This document shows positions 9,607 to 19,528 of a stretch of DNA of 64,000 nt, piece by piece; the first letter of the stretch is position 1; the number at the start of each line of letters is the position of its first letter. A model generated the notes under the pieces. That model was given only the letters and a program-made list of their open reading frames with translations. It did not search any database and was not told the DNA's origin. A program made the position numbers and the translations under genes. This DNA is from an uncultured Bacteroidota bacterium. Lineage in GTDB: Bacteria; Bacteroidota; Bacteroidia; Bacteroidales; DTGW01. The stretch is taken from positions 66,416 through 130,415 of the forward strand of contig CAWEFA010000027.1 in assembly GCA_963808135.1 (NCBI GenBank), given 5' to 3'.

Positions 9607-11268
9607 TTAAAAGGACCCTTTTGCCTTGGCATAGAACTTACAACTAAAAGTCAGTTTAAACTTATAATCTGCCATGAACTTAACATATTTGGTTTTATCT
9701 TTATAAAAATCGGTAGTGCTGAAATAAACACCGATTAAAAGTTTCTTTGTTTTTTTAAGCGCGTTTAATTGTGTAGAATTAAGACTAACCGGCAACAGGC
9801 TTTTTGTAGATGCTGTAACCTTTTCAGTAACAGGATCGACTGGCGCAGCAGCAAGGATAGCATTGGTAGTATCGATTAATGTGCCGACATGATTGTTATT
9901 GATATCGGCAAAATAGACCTGGAGTTTTAAGCTTATTGGCATTCCATTTTCAGAAGCAATTTTCAATAACATGGATTCTATATTTATTGAATCCTTACCA
10001 TTGTTTAATGAATCCAACGAACTTGCTAAATCAAAACTCAAAGTATCATAAGTACTTAAACTTCCTGCACGTAACCAAATAGGAAGGTAAAATTCTGCTT
10101 TTAGTTTAAGGGAACTGGTATCGACAATTACATTTTCAATGCTGGTATTTTTATTCGGATTAGACCATGCATCGAAATGGAATGTAACATATTCGGGGTT
10201 TTGCTGAAGTGCCTGGAACAAATTTGTATTTGTATTTGAATATACAATTGTATCATTTTTAATGCTTCCCATGCTGCTTGGATAAAGAAGGTCAACTGGA
10301 TTAATAGAAGAATTTAAAGTTATGCTTTGCGAATTTGTTGACATGTTCGATGCATTAAATTGGATCGGCAAAATTACATAGCTGTTAGTTATATATAACT
10401 TTAATCTTGGATCCGCCCATTGAATATTTTTGGTAATATTATTGTTAAGCAACGATAAATTGATTGTATCATTAATGTTGAGCAGGTTTGTATATCCAGC
10501 ATAACCATACATGGCATAAAAATTAAAATTTGAAGTTGTCATGTTAAAAGATAAGCCCGAGCCGATTGGATCCCCCGGATTTCCGGTTAATGTTAAATCC
10601 AATCTTAGTGCAAGGTTTGATGAACCGGTTGCAGCCGATGCAAATCTTAAAAAATAATTGTCAGCGTTTATCGGCAAATCTTTATTGACATTTGCAGTAA
10701 GCTGAACAGAACCGCTTAAGGTATCTTTATTAAGCGTTATCCCCGGAAATGTAATTTTTAATGACCCTGCACAACTGGAATTAACCTTAATATCAATCAG
10801 CATACTTTTAATATGGATACTGTCAATCCGCTGGTCAGTCCCAAAACTTATCGGGTAGTTTATTGTAGTAGAAAAAGGAATTTTCCCGCCTGGAGGAAAT
10901 ACGGCAAATGGAAAAGATGAAGCATCAATATTAAAATTAAAGGAATTTTGTGTGGGGATGGCAAAAAGATCCTGACCAAAAAAGAATTGCAAATCCTTAT
11001 CATAAACTACATAAATAAGCCCGCTGTCAGGCCCGCTATGGTATTGATTTATATATTTTACGCTGTCCAACTTTTTTAATACTTCATCAAGCCGTATGGT
11101 TGTTGAACCAATTGTAAAAGCCAATCTCGGATCGGCCTCAAAAACGGTTGATAGTTTATTAACGTCATAATCTTTAAAACATGAATTAAATAAAATTCCC
11201 GCTGCCAATAAAAATATTGCATGCAGAAAAATTTTGATAATTCTTTGATTGAGCAAATATGTTATCAT
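9607..11268 (-). CDS. Predicted lipoprotein, function unknown
   Basis: 553 aa with a lipobox-like LFNSC after a hydrophobic leader. The protein is Asn/Ser/Thr-rich and lies 11 nt upstream of the beta-barrel gene. Confidence 0.5.
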   Translation of the reverse strand: MITYLLNQRIIKIFLHAIFLLAAGILFNSCFKDYDVNKLSTVFEADPRLAFTIGSTTIRLDEVLKKLDSVKYINQYHSGPDSGLIYVVYDKDLQFFFGQDLFAIPTQNSFNFNIDASSFPFAVFPPGGKIPFSTTINYPISFGTDQRIDSIHIKSMLIDIKVNSSCAGSLKITFPGITLNKDTLSGSVQLTANVNKDLPINADNYFLRFASAATGSSNLALRLDLTLTGNPGDPIGSGLSFNMTTSNFNFYAMYGYAGYTNLLNINDTINLSLLNNNITKNIQWADPRLKLYITNSYVILPIQFNASNMSTNSQSITLNSSINPVDLLYPSSMGSIKNDTIVYSNTNTNLFQALQQNPEYVTFHFDAWSNPNKNTSIENVIVDTSSLKLKAEFYLPIWLRAGSLSTYDTLSFDLASSLDSLNNGKDSINIESMLLKIASENGMPISLKLQVYFADINNNHVGTLIDTTNAILAAAPVDPVTEKVTASTKSLLPVSLNSTQLNALKKTKKLLIGVYFSTTDFYKDKTKYVKFMADYKFKLTFSCKFYAKAKGSF

Positions 11269-11296
11269 TTTAAAGAATTGTTAAGTTCAACATTGC

Positions 11297-13081
11297 TTAT
11301 TTTACATAATAATAGCGCAAAATTTCATTATCTCCCGTTTGCAATGTAAATTCATAATTATTGTTTGATAAAGATAAAACATTCATTGGAAAATTACCAT
11401 TAACAGGAAATCCTTTTACAATTTTTCTTTCTTTTTCAACCATGTAAACCTTATCCGATAATGACGAGCCGATAAAAATTGTTGTAATGCCTTTTTTTGA
11501 TTTCACGATAACAGGCTTCTGGTCAATCAGGCTGTCGGTTTGTATTGAAAAAATATTTTTCTTTTGCTGGTTGAATGCGTTTACAACATTTTTATCTGTA
11601 AACAAATAATCTTTCAGGCCATCGCCGTCAAAATCGACAAATGAGAAATTATGATTTTTTGTAAAATCGGCAAGCCTTATTTTTTCTATATGCCCGTCAG
11701 GATAAATAAAACAGGCCTGACCTGAAGTATCGGTTGTTACGATACGAAAAAAATTAGGCTTTTCGTCAATGAAAAATTCATTTTTTACTGATTTGAAAAA
11801 TGGTTGCTTTAACTTCAACTGCTGCTCGCCTTTTCGGTTCAAGAGGTTAACATTATTTGAGTCGGAAAAAAGGATGTAATCTTTCTTATGGTAAGTAAAA
11901 CATTGGGCTGGTTCTTTTAAAATATTAACTGTTTTTTCGAACTTCCAGCCATCAGCCTTATGGCCATCTTTTGTTAAAGCCACAAAGCTTTTATTTTTAA
12001 ATGCAATGTAATACCTGTAATTCAGGTTATGGTCAAAATCGGCTAATGCCAATCCATTTGTGGCAGTTTGCTTAAACTTCACCGGGAAACCGTTAATGTT
12101 ATTACCGTTTTTGTCAATTATGAAAAGGTTCTCGGCAGTATTAAAAAGCAACTGGTATTTGTTATTATTAAAATAATCTATTATAAATGTCGAACTTAGA
12201 ATTCTTTCGCCTAACGGACGCTTCCAAATTATTTTACCTGCCGACGAAATGAGATATATGTTTAGTTTTTTATCCTGAATGAAGAAAAGGTTTTTGTAAG
12301 CATCTTGATTGGTTATTAATGCTGTTGAACTCTCAACGGAACTATCCAATTTAATTGTCCATGCTAATTCCGGGCCAATGTAAGGCGTTACATCATTGTA
12401 AAGAAAAATATTATTATAATTAAATTCCCCGTTTCCCGAAACCTGGATTCCCGCAATTGTGCTTGTTTCCGCCCTGAACAGGTTTTTTTCAAACATACTT
12501 TTAATTTTCGGGTCGATAAATTTATTTATAAAATTCCAGGTTGAAGGGAAATTAAAAAATAGCGTCAGGTTTGATTTAGAAGCTAATGTGTTTGAAGCTA
12601 TATTCCGGTATAATGAATCGTTGATAATTGATTTGTTCGCATTTAATTCCGAAAGATAATTATCAAGCGCTTCTTCCGATTCTCCAAAAACCAAGTATTG
12701 TTTGAAATTACAAACGCTGGGATATTTGGCGCAACTAAAAACTTTACCAAATAATGCCGTAGGCAATTCATTGTCGGGCAACGCATGGACCATTGATTTT
12801 TCCTGGATGCTATCAGCGCTATTAATAGTATTTGAATCATAGAAAACCGGCTTTTCATGCTTATCTTTAATTAAACTTTTAATAAAATCAAGCGCATCAG
12901 GGTAACTTTTTGTCCTTACAATGCAATACATACTGTATTTTCCATCTTTTCCCAAACATCCGTTCAAAGTAAAAGACCCATCCATGATGTTGAATAATTT
13001 GTCGCCGATATTGTTTCCAAACTTTTGGTTTAAATTTTTAAGGTTTTCAGCCAATGTTTTATTATTTCGGCATGCTCTCAT
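11297..13081 (-). CDS. Large envelope protein, C-terminal part (FG-GAP/VCBS-like motif); probably one gene with 13062..14036
   Basis: 594 aa with no signal peptide of its own. It contains FVDFDGDGLKDYLF (FG-GAP/VCBS-type Ca-binding loop) and repeated beta-strand-like segments. It overlaps the upstream ORF by 20 nt in another frame. Confidence 0.5.
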   Translation of the reverse strand: MRACRNNKTLAENLKNLNQKFGNNIGDKLFNIMDGSFTLNGCLGKDGKYSMYCIVRTKSYPDALDFIKSLIKDKHEKPVFYDSNTINSADSIQEKSMVHALPDNELPTALFGKVFSCAKYPSVCNFKQYLVFGESEEALDNYLSELNANKSIINDSLYRNIASNTLASKSNLTLFFNFPSTWNFINKFIDPKIKSMFEKNLFRAETSTIAGIQVSGNGEFNYNNIFLYNDVTPYIGPELAWTIKLDSSVESSTALITNQDAYKNLFFIQDKKLNIYLISSAGKIIWKRPLGERILSSTFIIDYFNNNKYQLLFNTAENLFIIDKNGNNINGFPVKFKQTATNGLALADFDHNLNYRYYIAFKNKSFVALTKDGHKADGWKFEKTVNILKEPAQCFTYHKKDYILFSDSNNVNLLNRKGEQQLKLKQPFFKSVKNEFFIDEKPNFFRIVTTDTSGQACFIYPDGHIEKIRLADFTKNHNFSFVDFDGDGLKDYLFTDKNVVNAFNQQKKNIFSIQTDSLIDQKPVIVKSKKGITTIFIGSSLSDKVYMVEKERKIVKGFPVNGNFPMNVLSLSNNNYEFTLQTGDNEILRYYYVK

Positions 13082-14036
13082 TTATAGCAAGCTTGTAATT
13101 GTAAGGCTCGCTTAATGCAAAAGTGCCATAAAAAACAGTAGATGCAGGTAAAGCTTCATAATAAGGGACATCAACAGGTAATTCATTTTTAATTGTTCTC
13201 AGCCATATTTGTTTTTGGGTTGTTACATTTGAAAAGCCGTGCAGGGATATACATTTGTGGTCGATATTCAAATCAAGCGCATACCAGCCTTTATATTTTA
13301 AAGCTTTTTTCAAATCATCAGAATAAGCCGGTTGAAATAAACCCGCAAAAAAAGCCGAAAATTTTTCAGATTCAATATACAGGTTGCCGATTGTTTTTTT
13401 CCCGGTAGTAGAAAAGACTTTTGAAAAACTTGTATCGGAAAGAAGAGAACTTGAATTAATGGATTGCTTGTAAGCATCGGCGATATTTTTAGTCCTGTTG
13501 CCGATTATTAACAAATTCTCTTTAAAAAAATAATAAAGGTTTTGCCTGTTCTTTATCTTGAGGTTATTGAATTTAACCAGCGAAGGAGAATATTGGATAA
13601 GCTCATAGCCTCTTTTTTCAAGCAGCAGATATAGCTTTTTGCTCAAAACATTTTTATTAATGCTGTTCCCAAAAGGTAAATAAATATTAATGCCGTCCAA
13701 TTTGTCTTCCACATTATGAAATGAAAAGTAGATAGATGAATCATTTATCAGGCTTTTGAGCGCTGGGATTTCTTCGCTCAAACTATCGAGAAATAATTTT
13801 GTGCCTTCAATATTGTTTTTTAAAGAATTTTTTGGCAGGTTTTGAAAATTGTTGTTATCCATTAAAGTTGAGAAGAATTCTTTCACGCTGTTAACCTTTA
13901 AAATTAAAACAGCATCTTTAGGAATAGCTTTAACTACCTGTTGATATTGAAAGGCAGGTTTTTTCAAAATAAATAACAAGGCGCCAATAAACATGGCCCC
14001 GGTTATTGCAATTGTAGCTATCAGGCTTTTATTCAA
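13062..14036 (-). CDS. Membrane-anchored N-terminal part of the same large envelope protein (DUF3352-like)
   Basis: 324 aa with an N-terminal TM anchor (IATIAITGAMFIGALLFIL) followed by IPKDAVLILKVN, which I associate with DUF3352-type proteins. Confidence 0.45.
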   Translation of the reverse strand: MNKSLIATIAITGAMFIGALLFILKKPAFQYQQVVKAIPKDAVLILKVNSVKEFFSTLMDNNNFQNLPKNSLKNNIEGTKLFLDSLSEEIPALKSLINDSSIYFSFHNVEDKLDGINIYLPFGNSINKNVLSKKLYLLLEKRGYELIQYSPSLVKFNNLKIKNRQNLYYFFKENLLIIGNRTKNIADAYKQSINSSSLLSDTSFSKVFSTTGKKTIGNLYIESEKFSAFFAGLFQPAYSDDLKKALKYKGWYALDLNIDHKCISLHGFSNVTTQKQIWLRTIKNELPVDVPYYEALPASTVFYGTFALSEPYNYKLAINESMPK

Positions 14037-14123
14037 ATTTCCAAATATTTAGAAAACCGAAAAATAATTTGTTAACTGTTTCTTAAATTTCCGTGAAACG
14101 AAATGCTAAAATAGCTAATATTA

Positions 14124-14338
14124 AAATATTTGTAACTATTCAGGTTATTTAGACTGTAGGCTGAAGGCATTTAGTATTTTCGCAATGCCCCGGTCAAGGC
14201 TTCCGGCACTTTCTCTTTTACTACTATTTTCCGGGTACTTTATAAAACCCAATCGGCTGACCAATGAGTTTAGTATGATCCCGCACATTTTTCTCCTAAA
14301 AGTCTATAGCCTTTCTACCTGAATAGTTACAAATATTT
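14124..14338. repeat. 215-bp intergenic element bounded by perfect 22-bp terminal inverted repeats (MITE-like or structured RNA)
   Basis: AAATATTTGTAACTATTCAGGT at 14124..14145 is the exact reverse complement of 14317..14338. The 171-bp core is noticeably more GC-rich than its surroundings and has no ORF. Confidence 0.7.
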
Positions 14339-14366
14339 CTAAGAACATGAATTTTGAAAATACTTT

Positions 14367-14969
14367 TTATTGTGACAATTTTGAAACTCCCCCCGAAACA
14401 ATAAACTTCATGGCTTCGGCCGGATGAATATCAAGAGGTGTAATTAAATCGGTAGGAACGATAAACAATTCGCCCGAAAAATTATAAGAATGCGGGAAAT
14501 ACACTGCCACTTTATCTTTTATTTTAAGTTCAGATAAATCGGTGGCAGTAAGAAATCCGATTTTTTCAAGCTCCGCTATTTTGTTGACTTTAACCAATAC
14601 CGGCTGGGAAAATTTTTTATCTTTACCGACAAATGCCGAGAGGAAATCGCGTATTGAAGTATAAACAACCTGGACAATGGGTGCTTTGCTGATTAACTTT
14701 TCAATAATTGCTTTTATAGGCCTTGTTACAATTTTTTGTCCCAAATATCCCACTAAAGTGATAAAGATTAACAACACTATAAACCCGAGACCAGGGATTT
14801 TTATTTTCAGTATTTGTTCAATATACGTTTGTGCAAGCCCATCGCCAAAAGTGAAAACCTGGTAAATAATAAAGCACGTAATGGTTAATGGCGCTGTATA
14901 AAGCAAACCTTGCAGAAAAAAGTCAATGAATTTGTTCATTACTTTTTTGGTTAAATTTTTGTTTTCCAT
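14367..14969 (-). CDS. DUF502-family membrane protein
   Basis: Lies within ORF 14367..15044. The internal ATG at 14969 (MENKNLTKKVMNKFIDFFLQGLLYTAPLTITCFIIY) removes the overlap with the upstream gene. The protein has two TM helices followed by a soluble domain. Confidence 0.55.
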   Translation of the reverse strand: MENKNLTKKVMNKFIDFFLQGLLYTAPLTITCFIIYQVFTFGDGLAQTYIEQILKIKIPGLGFIVLLIFITLVGYLGQKIVTRPIKAIIEKLISKAPIVQVVYTSIRDFLSAFVGKDKKFSQPVLVKVNKIAELEKIGFLTATDLSELKIKDKVAVYFPHSYNFSGELFIVPTDLITPLDIHPAEAMKFIVSGGVSKLSQ

Positions 14970-14970
14970 A

Positions 14971-15327
14971 TTATTGAGTTTTTTCAATTTTAAATCTGAT
15001 CCTTTTGGGTAACCCCGATACAACAAGCCAATAGGAATGGTCAATCCATTCTTTAATTAATTTGTCTGCAACAGAGCCATCTAATAAAACAGTATTCCAA
15101 TGGGTTTTATTCATATGGTATCCCGGTTGCACGGAAGAATAACGTTCCCTGAGTTCAATTGCCAAATCAGGCGAACATTTAAGATTGATGCTTACTTCGC
15201 CTTCGATCTGTAACAATGCAAACATTTTTCCGCCGACTTTAAAAACCAAAGTTACATCATCAAATGGGAAACTTTCGGTTGTTTCTGGCATTGTAAGACA
15301 AAATTCACGTATTGCTTCAATATCCAT
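14971..15327 (-). CDS. MmcQ/YjbR-family DNA-binding protein
   Basis: 118 aa. MDIEAIREFCLTMPETTESFPFDDVTLVFKVGGKMFA...PGYHMNKTHWNTV is the YjbR-family pattern. Confidence 0.7.
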   Translation of the reverse strand: MDIEAIREFCLTMPETTESFPFDDVTLVFKVGGKMFALLQIEGEVSINLKCSPDLAIELRERYSSVQPGYHMNKTHWNTVLLDGSVADKLIKEWIDHSYWLVVSGLPKRIRFKIEKTQ

Positions 15328-15329
15328 TT

Positions 15330-15713
15330 TTATCTGACTTTTGGATAAAATGCGTTTTCAATATGCTCAATATTAAAATCATTGTATTTATATACAATTG
15401 TAATTATATCAAAGCGCACATCTGAATTCACGTTATGCTTCACTATAAAAGCATTTGCCGCGGCAATTATAAAACGTTGTTTTTTTAAAGTTACAGCTTC
15501 GGCAGGCGAAACAAGACTTCCGGCTCTCCGGGTTTTAACTTCAACAATTATTAGTTCATTTTTAAATTGGGCAACTATATCGAGTTCCTTCTGCATATAG
15601 CGCCAATTACGGAATAGAATAGTGTAACCTTTTTTCTCCAGGTAATCTGCTGCAATTTGTTCCCCCTTCATACCTGTATTTTTAATTTCTGTCATATCAA
15701 AAGGTTCTTTCAT
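15330..15713 (-). CDS. YraN-family (UPF0102) endonuclease-like protein
   Basis: 127 aa. GEQIAADYLEKKGYTILFRNWRYMQKELDIVAQFKNELIIVEVKTR is the YraN signature. Confidence 0.7.
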   Translation of the reverse strand: MKEPFDMTEIKNTGMKGEQIAADYLEKKGYTILFRNWRYMQKELDIVAQFKNELIIVEVKTRRAGSLVSPAEAVTLKKQRFIIAAANAFIVKHNVNSDVRFDIITIVYKYNDFNIEHIENAFYPKVR

Positions 15714-15850
15714 GTAAGGAATAATTGTTTGTCAATTTAAAAAGAAGATTTATCAACACAAACAGTTACTATATAAAAATTATCTAACTTAATCATTTAT
15801 TTACCGTTATTAAGATAAAAAATGTATTAATATTACAAAAAATTACGAGG

Positions 15851-16495
15851 ATGTGTGGGAAAGTTAAGAAAAATTTTTTATTCATAGTGTTTTTGCTTTT
15901 GCAAAGCACTTGTTGGTCTGCCGGGTTTGAGGGGAGTATTTCTTTAATCAAGGAATCGTTTTACGACACAACGTTTTTCAATTATTTTGTATCCGATGGT
16001 AAAATCCGTATCGAAGAGTTTAATTCAAAAAAATTATTACAGCACATTTATATTGTTAACACTCTTAATGATGAGGTTATTATCATCGATCCGGTTAAAA
16101 AACTATATACAAAATTAAGGAAGAAACCTCTGAACTGTAACAACGATGCACAATGCGCTGTGTTAAAGTCAGTGAATAGCAAAATGATTAATGGAATCAG
16201 ATGCTACCAATGGAGGGTAAAGTGCAAAGATAAAAACACTGAAATATCCTATTGGGTAACGCAAAATGATTTTTACTTTTTCGAAAAAATGGCGAAGATA
16301 TTTAATGCAACCGATAGAAGCTTGGAGTTTTTTAACCACATTCCATTGTCGCAAGGTTTTTTCCCTATGTTAAGCGTTGAAAGAAACCTGGTGCGCGATG
16401 AAAAAATGCGTACGGCCGTATTAAATATCGAAAGAAAATCAGTTGATTCTGCTTTGTTTAGGATACCTTTTAATTATAAACTTTATTCGATTTGA
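15851..16495 (+). CDS. Secreted hypothetical protein
   Basis: 214 aa with an N-terminal signal peptide (FLFIVFLLLQSTCWSA). I recognise no catalytic motif. Confidence 0.45.
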   Translation: MCGKVKKNFLFIVFLLLQSTCWSAGFEGSISLIKESFYDTTFFNYFVSDGKIRIEEFNSKKLLQHIYIVNTLNDEVIIIDPVKKLYTKLRKKPLNCNNDAQCAVLKSVNSKMINGIRCYQWRVKCKDKNTEISYWVTQNDFYFFEKMAKIFNATDRSLEFFNHIPLSQGFFPMLSVERNLVRDEKMRTAVLNIERKSVDSALFRIPFNYKLYSI

Positions 16496-16724
16496 TATTT
16501 AATTCAGTTGCACGTTGAGAAAGTACAGTCGTTAATTATTCGTTTGTGCTTCTGGATTTTTTTTCAAATGATAGATTTCTGCTCAGGGTCTATGTAATAT
16601 TATTTTCCCATTACTAATTTCCTTTCAAAAAATTCAGTATGTGATTTTATAAAAAAATTACTGAGTGTAATCGGTTAATTGTCGATTTAACTAATAAAAC
16701 AATTGATTGCAGTATTATTGCAAT

Positions 16725-16744
16725 TCAAATTTATATAAATTTGA
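16725..16744 (+). promoter_or_regulatory. 20-bp perfect palindrome containing a Bacteroidota -7 box (TAnnTTTG) upstream of dapF
   Basis: TCAAATTTATATAAATTTGA at 16725..16744. Its last 8 nt, TAAATTTG, match the TAnnTTTG -7 consensus. It ends 55 nt before the ATG at 16800. Confidence 0.35.
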
Positions 16745-16799
16745 AACTTGATAGTTGATGTTATTTTCATCAAAAGTTTTAACGGATAATAATATTTTT

Positions 16800-17666
16800 A
16801 TGCTTAATAATTTCTTCGTTAAATCGCATGGCTTGGGGAATGACTACTTGGTATTCGATAGCTCGAAGATTGGCTTTGCGGTTAATGAAAAATCAATTAA
16901 ACGAATTTGCGATGTGCATTATGGCATTGGTTCCGATGGGATTTTATTGTTAGCGCCTTCGGGAAAAGCTGATTTTGGCCTGAAAATATACAATCCCGAT
17001 GGTTCGGAAGCAGAGAAAAGCGGAAACGGCCTTCGTATTTTCTCTAAATTTTTGTTTGATTATAAATATACTTCGAATAAAAAATTTACAATTGAAACAT
17101 TGGGCGGTGTTGTTAAAGCTTCAGTTGATGAAGAAATGAATGGCAGGGCTTCTTTAATTTCAATAGAAATGGGCAAGCCGACATTTATAAGCAAAGAAAT
17201 CCCGGTTAATTGCAACCAAAAGGAATGTATGGATTTTCCTTTGGAAATTGACGATAAAAAATTTCTGATAAACTGTGTATCGGTCGGTAACCCGCATTGC
17301 GTTATAATAACCGATAAACTTGATAAAGAAGAAGTAATTAAATATGGTGGTAAAATTGAAAACCATCCGTTGTTTCCAAACCGCATTAATGTTCAGTTTG
17401 CTAAAGTTATTTCGCGTGAAGAAATAGAAATTCTTATTTGGGAAAGAGGGGCCGGTTTTACCCTCGCCTCTGGAAGCTCGTCCTGTGCTGTTGCTTGTGT
17501 GATGCGGAAAAAAGGACTTATAGCAAATAAAGCAATGATAAATATGCCGGGAGGTAAATTAAAAATTGAGATAAATGATGCATGGCAAATTATACTTTGC
17601 GGAGAGGTAAGACAAATTGCCGAAGGGTTTATTAATTCAGAGTTATTAGAAGATTTGAATAAATGA
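16800..17666 (+). CDS. dapF: Diaminopimelate epimerase
   Basis: Lies within ORF 16755..17666, with the ATG at 16800 giving MLNNFFVKSHGLGNDYLVFD. Other motifs are NPDGSEAEKSGNGLRIF, SVGNPHCV and WERGAGFTLASGSSSCA, which include both catalytic Cys regions. Confidence 0.85.
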   Translation: MLNNFFVKSHGLGNDYLVFDSSKIGFAVNEKSIKRICDVHYGIGSDGILLLAPSGKADFGLKIYNPDGSEAEKSGNGLRIFSKFLFDYKYTSNKKFTIETLGGVVKASVDEEMNGRASLISIEMGKPTFISKEIPVNCNQKECMDFPLEIDDKKFLINCVSVGNPHCVIITDKLDKEEVIKYGGKIENHPLFPNRINVQFAKVISREEIEILIWERGAGFTLASGSSSCAVACVMRKKGLIANKAMINMPGGKLKIEINDAWQIILCGEVRQIAEGFINSELLEDLNK

Positions 17667-19525
17667 ATTACAAATATTGCAACGATATTTTATCCTATTC
17701 ACGATTTTTAACAAGAGAGATAAATATTGGCGGCGTGCCTTTGGGCGGTGAAAACCCTATCCGCATTCAAAGCATGACCAATACAAATACGCTTGATACA
17801 GAAGCTACAGTAGGGCAATGCATACGGATAATAAAAGCCGGGGCTGATTATGTTCGTATAACCGCGCAGGGGATTCGCGAAGCTGAAAATCTTTTGAATA
17901 TAAAAGCCGAACTAAGGAATAAAGGTTTTAAAACTCCTCTTATTGCCGATGTCCATTTTAATCCAAAAGTCGCAGAAATAGCTGCCGCCATTGTTGAAAA
18001 AATACGTATTAACCCTGGAAATTATATCAATAAAAATAGCTCTGGAAAAATTGAATTTTCCGATTCTGAGTATAACAATGAAATAGAAAAAATCCATACA
18101 AATATTTTACCATTGCTTAAAATTTGCAGGGTACATGGAACTGCAATAAGAATTGGTGTAAATCACGGTTCGCTTAGCAATCGCATAATTTGCAGGTACG
18201 GCAATACTCCCCGTGGAATGGTCGAATCGGCTATGGAGTTTCTACGGATTTGCGCCGGCGAAAATTTTCACAATATAGTTGTTTCATTAAAAGCCAGCAA
18301 TACAAGGGATATGGTTTATTCAAACAGGCTATTGGTTAATTCTATGTTGGCCGAAGGCCTGATTTATCCGCTTCACCTTGGGGTTACGGAGGCAGGCGAG
18401 GGCGAAGATGGAATAGTGAAATCTTCATTGGGTATCGGCGCACTTCTTGCCGACGGAATAGGAGATACCATACGCGTTTCCCTGACCGGCGAGCCGGAAG
18501 AAGAAATTCCTGTCGCTAAGGAATTAATTAAATATTTTACCGACAGGGAAAAAACATTTGAAACTCAATCCATAAAAGTTGAATCAAAAAATCCTTTCGA
18601 ATACAAAAAAAGAGATACCTGTCCGGTTGAAAATATCGGCGGCAAAAATTTAGCAATAATCATAACGGATTGGGTTGGCGGGAATGAATCTCCAGAAATG
18701 CCGGAATATTTCTATTTAAACAAGGGCAATAACTTCGATAATTTACCTGATAAATTCAACTACATATTAAACCTTCACGACTGGTTTAAATATGTTAAGC
18801 ATAAGAAAAATATTTTTCCGCTTTATACAGTAGCAGAGTTTAATACTTATGGAACCAAACATTCAAATCTGAATTTTGTAATTGTTTCAAACGAAGATTA
18901 TGTGGATTGCTTTTCAGGTAAAATAAAAAACAGCAAAAATGCCGTCCTGATATTTGAAACAATTAATAAAAACAGTGTGGCCGATCAACGTTCATTTTTT
19001 TACAAATTGATAGAACAAGGAATAAATGTGCCTGTAATATTAAATAAAAATTATTCCGAAGATTCATTAATGTCATTTCAGATAAAAGCTGCTTCTGATT
19101 TGGGAGCTATGCTTATAGACGGTTTTTCTGATGGAATATGGATAAGAAATAATAAAATAACCGAACGCCGCGATATAATATCTTTACCGTTTAATATTTT
19201 GCAGGCCGGCAGGGTGCGCATGTCAAAAACCGATTATATATCTTGCCCTTCCTGTGGGCGCAGCTTATTTGACATTAAATCGGAAGTTCTTCGGATTAAG
19301 CAAAAAACGAGTCAGTTAAAGCATCTTAAAATAGCTATAATGGGTTGTATTGTCAATGGCCCGGGCGAAATGGCGGACGCTGATTATGGTTTTGTCGGCT
19401 CTGGCCCTGAGAAAATTTCTTTATACAAAGGAAAACAGGTTGTAAAGAAAGATATAATTTCAAAAAATGCTTTAGAAGAATTAATAGAGCTAATTAAATC
19501 CAATGGCGATTGGGTTGATCCTTAA
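17663..19525 (+). CDS. ispG: 4-hydroxy-3-methylbut-2-enyl diphosphate synthase (long Bacteroidota-type IspG)
   Basis: 620 aa with an ATGA overlap onto the dapF stop. It shows IRIQSMTNTNTLDT, VNHGSL and the C-terminal Fe-S cysteines (ISCPSCGR ... MGCIVNGPGE). Confidence 0.9.
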   Translation: MNYKYCNDILSYSRFLTREINIGGVPLGGENPIRIQSMTNTNTLDTEATVGQCIRIIKAGADYVRITAQGIREAENLLNIKAELRNKGFKTPLIADVHFNPKVAEIAAAIVEKIRINPGNYINKNSSGKIEFSDSEYNNEIEKIHTNILPLLKICRVHGTAIRIGVNHGSLSNRIICRYGNTPRGMVESAMEFLRICAGENFHNIVVSLKASNTRDMVYSNRLLVNSMLAEGLIYPLHLGVTEAGEGEDGIVKSSLGIGALLADGIGDTIRVSLTGEPEEEIPVAKELIKYFTDREKTFETQSIKVESKNPFEYKKRDTCPVENIGGKNLAIIITDWVGGNESPEMPEYFYLNKGNNFDNLPDKFNYILNLHDWFKYVKHKKNIFPLYTVAEFNTYGTKHSNLNFVIVSNEDYVDCFSGKIKNSKNAVLIFETINKNSVADQRSFFYKLIEQGINVPVILNKNYSEDSLMSFQIKAASDLGAMLIDGFSDGIWIRNNKITERRDIISLPFNILQAGRVRMSKTDYISCPSCGRSLFDIKSEVLRIKQKTSQLKHLKIAIMGCIVNGPGEMADADYGFVGSGPEKISLYKGKQVVKKDIISKNALEELIELIKSNGDWVDP

Positions 19526-19528
19526 AAA

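Noticed and set aside
14146-14316. The core of the inverted-repeat element as tRNA, SRP RNA, RNase P RNA, tmRNA or a cobalamin riboswitch
   Set aside because: I could not find the conserved boxes of any of these on either strand (tRNA cloverleaf with T-loop, SRP GGAA/AGCA motifs, B12 box). It is left as an unassigned element.
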